A stretch of 63,605 nucleotides of DNA, counting the filler, from Olpidium bornovanus S191 (taxonomy: Eukaryota; Fungi; Olpidiomycota): assembly GCA_017911155.1 (NCBI GenBank). It is 30 parts of 30 records of this genome, joined end to end, with 100 filler letters (N's around TTAATTAATTAA, not from the genome) between each part and the next. Parts side by side here need not be neighbours in the genome. Positions count along the whole stretch, not along the records: positions 56,362 to 59,351 come from JAEFCI010000823.1; positions 59,452 to 60,659 come from JAEFCI010002101.1; positions 60,760 to 62,207 come from JAEFCI010001236.1; positions 62,308 to 63,605 come from JAEFCI010013362.1; 26 more parts are not named here. One strand, given 5' to 3'. Each line of letters opens with the position of its first letter. Position 1 is the first letter of the stretch. The position numbers and the translations under genes were made by a program. This document shows positions 56,440 through 63,605 of this stretch, in pieces. A model generated the notes under the pieces. The model did no database searches. It saw only the letters and a list, made by a program, of their open reading frames with translations, and was not told the origin of the DNA.

Positions 56440-58017
56440 ATGCCCCCTGAGGAGCGGCGCGAAGCGGGCGCCGGCCGCGCCGGCGCGGAAGGCGCCCTTT
56501 GGGCGCGGATACGGGCCGCCTTCCCCGCCCCGCCCCTGCCGGCGGAGGAGGGGACCGCCGCCGCCGCCGCCGCCGCCGGCGAGGCTTTGGCGGCTGCCGG
56601 GCGGGGAGGGCGGCGGGCGAAAATGCTGCGGAAGCAGCAGCTGAACCCGGCGGCGCCGCGGACGAACACCACTCCGTTTCGCGAGGCGGAGAGGTTCTAC
56701 AGGCGCGCGGACCGGGCCGGTGTCCTCCGCGCCGCGATGGACCCTCGCTGCTCGCTCTCGAGGGCCGCCCACGGCGCCCGCAGGGCGAAACTCGCCTGCG
56801 CGCTGGACGGCGAGATTTTCGCCGGTCGAGGAGCGGAGGACGGGGAGGAGGGCGAGGAGGAGGGGGAGGAGGACGACGAGGAGGAGGACGACGAGGAGGA
56901 GGAGGAGGAGCGGGAAAAAACCGCGGGTCTTCCCTCCAAGGAGGAGGAGGACGACGACGGCGGCGGCGGCGGCGGCGGCAACGGGCGAGCCGGGAAGAAA
57001 GGCCCGGCGAGGCAAAGAACGGGGAGGAGGAGGAGGAGGAGGAGGACGGCGGCCTACGTCCTGCCCGCGGTGCCGGGACTCGTCCTCATACCGGGCGCGC
57101 TGTCTCCGCGAGCCCAGCGGGACCTCGTGCGGGCGTGCGTGAGGGAGTACGCGCGCGACCCGAACCTCACCAACCTTCACGACCACTATGACATGCCGCC
57201 GGAAGGGCTTTGGGCCCTGGTAGAGCGACAGGTCGCGCTGGACGGCGGCGGCGGCGGGGGCGGCGGCGGCGGCACCGGGACCGACGCGGGCGACAGTCCC
57301 GCTTCGTGGGTCAAGCTGAAGTACAAAGCCGACGGCGGCGCGCCGCCGGCGCCGCCGCAGCCCTCAAAGAGGACCCTCTCCAGCCCCACGGGGCCCGACC
57401 CGGCGGACCATTTCTTGGCGGAAAAGCCCGACCCGCCCGCCTCGCCGACCGTACCGCAGCTCGCCCCCGCCGCCCTTTTCCGCAGGCTGCGGTGGGTGAC
57501 GCTGGGCTACCAGTACCACTGGTCGTCGAAGACCTACCGGTTCGACCGTCGCTGCCCTTTCCCCCCGCTCGCCGGCGCCCTCGCCCGCGCCGTCGCGCGC
57601 GCCGCGGAGGGCGTCGCCGGGAACAGCTACCCGGGCTCGGCCTTCCGGCCCGAGGCCGGCGTCGTGAACTTCTACCAGCCCCGCGACGCGCTACTGGCCC
57701 ACGTCGACAGGTCCGAGGTCAACGTCGACGCCCCGCTGGTGTCGCTGTCGCTCGGCCTGTCGTGCGTGTTCCTCGTCGGCACCGCGTCCAGGGAGGACCG
57801 CCCCTCGGCGATCCTGCTGCGCTCGGGCGACATCCTAGTCATGTCCGGCCCGTCTCGCAAGTGCTTTCACGGCGTCCCGCGCGTCCTCGAGGGCTCGCTC
57901 CCAAGTTATCTGCGGCCGGACTCCGCGGACGCGCGGAGCGAAGACTCGGGGTGGGATCTGGTCGGCGCGTACATGGAACAGTCACGCATCAACCTCAACA
58001 TCAGGCAAGTTTTTTGA
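56440..58017 (+). CDS. ALKBH1: AlkB-family 2-oxoglutarate/Fe(II) dioxygenase, ALKBH1/abh1-like, intronless
   Basis: PGLVLIPGALS..Q; LRWVTLGYQYHW; EAGVVNFYQPRDALLAHVDRSE (HxD); PLVSLSLG..FL.G; LLRSGDILVMSGPSRKCFHGVPRV (H); RINLNIRQVF*. Confidence 0.95.
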   Translation: MPPEERREAGAGRAGAEGALWARIRAAFPAPPLPAEEGTAAAAAAAGEALAAAGRGGRRAKMLRKQQLNPAAPRTNTTPFREAERFYRRADRAGVLRAAMDPRCSLSRAAHGARRAKLACALDGEIFAGRGAEDGEEGEEEGEEDDEEEDDEEEEEEREKTAGLPSKEEEDDDGGGGGGGNGRAGKKGPARQRTGRRRRRRRTAAYVLPAVPGLVLIPGALSPRAQRDLVRACVREYARDPNLTNLHDHYDMPPEGLWALVERQVALDGGGGGGGGGGTGTDAGDSPASWVKLKYKADGGAPPAPPQPSKRTLSSPTGPDPADHFLAEKPDPPASPTVPQLAPAALFRRLRWVTLGYQYHWSSKTYRFDRRCPFPPLAGALARAVARAAEGVAGNSYPGSAFRPEAGVVNFYQPRDALLAHVDRSEVNVDAPLVSLSLGLSCVFLVGTASREDRPSAILLRSGDILVMSGPSRKCFHGVPRVLEGSLPSYLRPDSADARSEDSGWDLVGAYMEQSRINLNIRQVF

Positions 58018-58424
58018 GAAAATAAATGGCCCCGTCCTCTCTTTGAAGAGGCACGCGAGGTTTAAAAAGGAAACCGTGGGCGCGGGGGTGGGATGGCGTA
58101 TATATTCTTCGATAATCTTTGTTACGCGAGTGGCCATTGCCGCCCGCCACCCGCTGCGGCCCCTGCCGCGAGACATGGGGATCCTCTTCAATTCTCTACC
58201 ACCACAACAGCATTTATTTTAGAACCAGGCGTCCAAAAGGCCTTCGCCACCATTTCCCAAGACCGTGTAATTAAAACAGGATGCACATCGCAGGAACAAG
58301 GTCTCTCAAGCGCTTCGTGGAGTTTACTTGTGTGTGTTCGCTTCTCTTTGGGTCGCAGGGGGGGAGTTACTCTGACCCCGGGCGTTCAGTTTGGGTTCAT
58401 GCACGATATTTTGCGGCCCTCTTT

Positions 58425-59351
58425 CTACAACCTGAAGTTGTACCTGCAGTCCTGCAGCGCTTTCTCGATCGCGTGGAGTGTCTTGTCGATGTGGCCGCGT
58501 GAGGGATCGGTGACGCTGATGCCCATGTGCCTGCAGGGACAGGGGGGGGGGGAAAGAGGCTTTGGCGTGCGAATAACGGCAGCGGGAACAAAAACAAATT
58601 TGCCGCCAACCACTCACCCGACCCTAAAGTACTTGGCTGCGCAGTCGAGGTGCAGGCCGCCGGCCACGACCACGCCGTTGGAGGCTATCTTGGGCAGCAG
58701 GTCCGTGCCGACCACGGTGTCGCCGTAATACACGGCCGTCAGGCTGTTCGACGCCTTTTCCCGCGAGACCGGCAGCATCTTGAGGCCCCAGCGCTCGAAC
58801 GCGTCCTTCAGCCGGTTCGACGCCGCAACGTGTTCCGCGAACCGGTGGTCCATACCCTGCGCCACGATCTGGCGCAGGGAGACCAGCAGCGCGTACACCA
58901 GCTGCACCGCTGGCGTCGCGAAGTAGCAGGCCTTGCGGGCCTCGTAGCTCTGCATGACTGGGAAAACGGCGATCGCAAAAAAACAAAAAAAAATAAGAGA
59001 GATCAACGCCAAGCCGGGTTAAAAACCGATCGACAGGGCGACCTCGGGTCGGCCCTGGGTCGACCCTCCCGGAGGTGGGGGAGTGTCACTCAACTGGGCA
59101 GCCACCGCGGCCACCCGGCGTAATAGTTCGCGACGGGAGCCCTGCGTTTCTTGAACGTGTCGACCGCCCGCTGGCTCGCCACGAGGACGCACAAGCCGGG
59201 AGGGCATCCGAGGCCCTTCTGGCTGCCGGTCATGACCACGTCGACGCCCCAGTCGTCCATCCTGAGCTCCTCGCTGGCGACCGAACACACGCCGTCCACG
59301 GCGATCAGCGTCGCCGGGCTGACCTCTTTCACGACCGCGCAGATCTCCTTC
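58425..59351 (-). CDS. AGX1: Alanine-glyoxylate aminotransferase (class V PLP enzyme), 3' part
   Basis: LIAVDGVCSVASEELRMDDWGVDVVMTGSQKGLGCPPGL (PLP lysine in SQK) | YFATPAVQLVYAL..VAGGLH..KYFRVG | HMGISV..HIDK. Exons 59351-59095, 58957-58618, 58530-58425. Confidence 0.93.
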
Positions 59352-59451
59352 NNNNNNNNNNNNNNNNNNNNNNNNNNNNNNNNNNNNNNNNNNNNTTAAT
59401 TAATTAANNNNNNNNNNNNNNNNNNNNNNNNNNNNNNNNNNNNNNNNNNNN

Positions 59452-59779
59452 GCAGATTTGGGGCAACAAGGTCGAGAAGAGCCGGCCGGAAGTGCACACG
59501 CGCCGGGGCAGCGTTTACCTCCGCTCGACGTCCTGCCCCTCCGTCGTAACCGAAAGCGTAGAGGAGCACATGTACGACTCGCGGTGCGCCGCTCAACGTG
59601 TCAGCCTCTGCACGCCCACCTCCGCCGTCGTAATCGGCATCCGGGGCGCCCACCTGGTTTTTACCCCCGTCACCGAGCTCCAGGCCGAAACGGACCACAA
59701 GAACCGCAAAGCGCTCTCCCAGTGGTGGATGGACCTCACGAAGCTTATCCGGCTTCTGGTGAAGTACGAAGAAATATAA
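59452..59779 (+). CDS. pfk: ATP-dependent 6-phosphofructokinase, C-terminal end
   Basis: SAVVIGIRGAHLVFTPVTELQAETDHKNRKALSQWWMDLTKLIRLLVKY matches the eukaryotic PFK C-terminus. Confidence 0.88.
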
Positions 59780-60759
59780 GTGGTCGGATTGCGTGTGTTT
59801 CTGCTGCTGCCGAAAATGGTTTCCACGGTGAGGAACCGCCGTTTTTCGCCCAGAATCCGCCCGATTTTCCGAAAATCCCGCTTGTTTTTTTGTTTGTTAT
59901 TTTTGGTTATTTTTTTTTTGTGCCGCAGTTAGAAAGCGACGGCGATGTCACGGACGTGGATTCGGCTAGAAAGTATAGAGCACTGACAGTTTCCACTTCA
60001 TTTTCTTCGACCTCCCTTTCTCTCCTTTCCGAAAACCTTTTTTTTTTCGGGGCCCCCTCTCGGAAACTTTTTCTCGTGTCTCAGGTTCGCTTCTTGGAAC
60101 ACGAGAGGTGTAAAAAAAAAAAAAAAAAAAAAAAAGGAAAGAAAGAAACGAAACTGTATAGAAAAAAAAGTAAAGTAAAAAGTGAAATATCAGCGGTATA
60201 CGGAGACCACAGCGACCATGACGACTACGGGCTCGGCGATCTTGTGTATTACGAGTAACGTAGAAAGCCGAAGTCGAAACCGGCTCGAGAAGGCAGGCGT
60301 ATTCGGGCCAACCCGGCGGTTCATTGCCTCCTCACTAAATGAACCACGGAACAGAACGGGCCACGCTCGTTACGTCAGAGGGAGAGCTTCGCGCGCCGGC
60401 GTCCCGGTGGCGGCGCTCGTCGGTAACGGGGGCTCGGAACCCCCGGGCGAAGGGGGGGGGGAGGGGGGGGTGGGGGAACGGCGCGGGGCATTTTGAAAAA
60501 AACGCCGCGCGGGGGGGGGAGCCGGAAAAAAAAAAAAAAAATGAAAAAGCTGGTTTTTTTTTTTTTTTTTCTCCCTTGTGATTCCCGAACCGTTAGTGTT
60601 AGGAGTTTCTTTTCCGCTTGTCGCTGTGGCGTCAAGCCCCGTGATTGTAGCGTCACGCCNNNNNNNNNNNNNNNNNNNNNNNNNNNNNNNNNNNNNNNNN
60701 NNNTTAATTAATTAANNNNNNNNNNNNNNNNNNNNNNNNNNNNNNNNNNNNNNNNNNNN

Positions 60760-61934
60760 CATGTCGGCCAGCTCCAGCAGCTGGACGAGCTGGGGCTGCC
60801 ACCTGAGCGCCCAGCCGCAGCGATTATCCCCCCGCAGGAGTTGCGCGAGGAAGGCCGGCACGTCGTTCGCCACGCTCCGGAGGAAGCTGACGTCGTCGAG
60901 CGGCGGGCGGGGTCCGCCAGCTAGCACGGCCGGGACGCGACCTCGGTAACCGCGGGGCACGAGGCGCGCGACGGATCCGCGGATCTGTTCGCGGATCCGC
61001 CGGCGCTGGGCCGGGCCTGCCGCGCGAAGGAGCGGGGCGTCGACGTCGACGACCCGCGCGGCGGGGGCGGGGGCGGGCGCGTAGCGGTTGCCAGCGGCTT
61101 TGGCCGCGTAGCTTCCGGGCAAAAAGTGCTCCAGGGCGATGTCGAACAGCCCCTCGAAAAGCTTCCCTCCGAGGGACGCGGGCTTCTTTTCCGGTTGCCG
61201 GGTCGCAGGCTGTGCGCTGTCGCTGAAGGAATCGGCCGCCGTGACCATGGCCCAATTCACTGCCTTGAGGAAATCGTAGAAGAGGTTCCACGCTGCGGAG
61301 TAGAGCTGCGCCGTGCGTTCCGGCAACGGTTCGTCGTTGCGGCAGACGTTACCGCCGGCAGGCGCGCCGCGTGCGGTCCGAGGGGCCCTGGAAGAGGACA
61401 CGAATGATCAGCGATCCCGAACGTCGAAAAACCGGGTACGCTCGGACGGGGCGCCGTCGCGAAAATAGAAGAAAGGAATTTATCCCGGGCCCCCCCGCGA
61501 ACTCACGCTTTCAACTTCGGGTCGTAAACCGGGGGCGCGGGACCGGCCCCGTAAGCCTGCGGCGGCGCGACAGGTCGCAGGTCGCTGCCGTCGACCGGAC
61601 CGGCGGGGTCGCCGTGGCCGACCGGGCCAGCGGGGTCGCCGTGGCCGACCGGACCGGGGGGATCGACGTGGTCGACCGGGCCCGCGCGGTCGACTTCAAA
61701 GTAGACCTGGCCGGACGCCGTGCGGCCGCCTCCGCCGGCCTCGGCCGGCGTCTGCGCGGCGACGAGGGCGTCCTCCGGCTCGGCGGCGGGGGTGCTCGGC
61801 GGCGGGAGGGGACCGCCGCCCGCGCCGGCCGGGACCGCGCCGGCGACGGCGAGGGCGGCGGCGGCGGCGGCTGCGAGCGAGAGGAGGAGGGCGGCGGCCG
61901 GCTGCGGCGAGCGGCGGTGGCGGGAAATGCGCAT
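60760..61934 (-). CDS. Orphan secreted protein with short GPV(G/D)H(G/V)DP(A/P) repeats (3'-truncated)
   Basis: ATG 61934; signal MRISRHRRSPQPAAALLLSLAAAAAAALAVAGA-VP. Exon 1 (61934-61507) splices in phase to exon 2 (61387 to contig edge). Confidence 0.7.
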
Positions 61935-62145
61935 GGCTGCTGGAGGGGGCCCCCGGGGCGAGAGGGAGGAAGGGGAGGAGGGGAGGGGAGGGGCGGGGCG
62001 CAACCGGGGGGCGGGGGGCGGGGGAAGGGTCCCCCTTTAGGGAACAGGAAGGAAGGATGGAAGGAAGGAAGGGGGAGGGAGTGCACGGGAAGGGAAGAGG
62101 GGGAGGAGGAACATAAAACAAAAAACAAAAAACGCAAAGCAAAAC

Positions 62146-62187
<42 letters not shown>

Positions 62188-62307
62188 AAAACCCCGGGGG
62201 GGAAAGGNNNNNNNNNNNNNNNNNNNNNNNNNNNNNNNNNNNNNNNNNNNNTTAATTAATTAANNNNNNNNNNNNNNNNNNNNNNNNNNNNNNNNNNNNN
62301 NNNNNNN

Positions 62308-63605
62308 GAAGATTCGCTCCGCGTCAGCACGACTCAACGCCTTTTACCCGCCCAGACTTACACGCGCAGGGGCTTCCGTGCGAAAAAAAAAAGAAATAAA
62401 AACGTACACTAGCGGGTTCGCCCCCATGCGCGCTGTTTCCCGGTACGGTCTCGGGCCTGCGCACCGGGATGTTGATGGCCCTGACCACCTGCACGACAAG
62501 CCGGCACTTCCCGTCCATTGCGGCCTTTGCGGCGTCCTGCGCGCCGGCACCCTCAGCCGCCGCCCGGGGCTGCCGCTTTCTCTCGGGCCGCAGCGGCCTG
62601 CGCACCCGGAACAGTTCGGCCAGGAAGTTCTCCTGAGGTTGCGCCGGCTGGAGCTTTTCTTCCCTCACGAACTCCTCCACGTAGCGCGGGCGCTCCAGCG
62701 AACCCCGCTTCAGCAACATGTGTGCCCGGAGGCGGCGAACAAACGTCGTCAGTCGCCCGCTGGAGTGACTGTCGGCCCGGGACGCCAGGAATTGCGAGAG
62801 TTCCTTCGGAAACCCGTCAACGTGGGGGATGAGAAAAAATGGGCATTTATTATTAACTCAAAGCCGCACAAGGCCGAGCACGACGCCGAGCGCCGCCTGG
62901 CAGGTCCCGGGGCCGTCTCGTTCACCTTCTCGTGCGACTGCACGACGTCAAACGCGTCCGCGCAGATCTCGGAATCCAGCAGCGGCACCGGCCGCCGCAC
63001 GACCAGCTGCTGCTCGCTCCGCAGCCGCAGCAGTTCGGCGCGCTGGCTGTTCCCGGCCGGCCGATGATGCGCGTCGGGGGGAATCTGATCGAGCGACCTG
63101 CCGATCCTGAAGACCGACTTCGAGCCCACCGCGTCGGCGTACGCCTCCATCTGTGAGCGCAGCTGCAGCAGGCCGGCATTGCGGCGGTCGTTCGGGTCCA
63201 GTCTCACAGACGATATCCACGTCTTTATTTTTGGAAGATGCGAGGGAGGGGGCGACCGTCGAGTGTCAGAGAAACAGTGAGAAATGAGAAACGGGTGCGA
63301 GTATGGCGGTGCAACCCCCACCTCCCTCCACCGAGGCAAAAACTAAAGTTGCAACCGAGCAGCCCGACCGACGCTGAACGTCAAAAAGGGGCCCTCCCCC
63401 CTACCAACAGTCGGCGCATGTTAAGCATCCCGGCGTTCGTGAGGTTCAGCGGGTCGGAGGCGGCCCTCGGGCCCGCGTTTCCCGCATGGGCTTCGCGATC
63501 GTCGTGACTCCCAGACACCGGCCCGGGCACGAGCGGCTCGCCGTCGTCGCCAACGCCCCACGCCACTCGGACCCGCAGTTGGCCCTCGACCCTCCGGACG
63601 ACGGC
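62308..63605 (-). CDS. CC2D2A: Coiled-coil and C2 domain protein 2A (MKS6), ciliary transition-zone protein, internal fragment
   Basis: KTWISSVRLDPNDRRNAGLL..FRI..NSQRAELLRLR..PVPLLDSEI, then ENFLAELFRVRRPLRPERK..KCRLVVQVVRAINIPVR. Matches the CC2D2A region preceding the second C2 domain. Confidence 0.85.

Noticed and set aside
59927-60258. Exon-like pieces after the PFK stop (LESDGDVTDVDSARK; VYGDHSDHDDYGLGDLVYYE*)
   Set aside because: No usable donor precedes the PFK stop to link them, and there is no independent support.

Overview
This is not one contiguous locus. It is 30 short eukaryotic contigs (about 1-7 kb) joined by 29 identical artificial 100-nt linkers (44 N + TTAATTAATTAA + 44 N), so adjacency across linkers has no biological meaning. 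The DNA is GC-rich and intron-rich (GT-AG) with pervasive homopolymer runs. Fungal-type genes together with ciliary genes (CC2D2A/MKS6 and a WDR97/87-like protein) point to a zoosporic, early-diverging fungus (Olpidium/chytrid-like; an inference). Recognisable genes, mostly partial: a ScaA-like protein, a hybrid histidine kinase, an MFS transporter, ZUP1/Mug105, CDO1, a C2H2 zinc-finger protein, SRP72, ALG1, a DM9-repeat protein, RPL34, SAP18, a UMP-CMP/adenylate kinase domain, a LysM protein, ALKBH1, AGX1, PFK and CC2D2A. There is also a U2 snRNA gene, Ty3/Gypsy and Ty1/Copia relics (Copia with a half-tRNAiMet primer-binding site), and three orphan secreted proteins. Most interesting: (1) a secreted, Kex2-site protein with about 91 tandem octapeptides (K-G-A-D-D-V-V-T) and an 80-bp VNTR just upstream; (2) a hybrid histidine kinase whose N, G1 and G2 ATP-binding boxes are all degenerate while the receiver Asp is intact; (3) two long perfect hairpins plus a 17-bp array in an AT-rich block next to a Copia LTR; (4) strong enrichment of CATG at contig ends. 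Family assignments come from motif recognition only; no database search was run.
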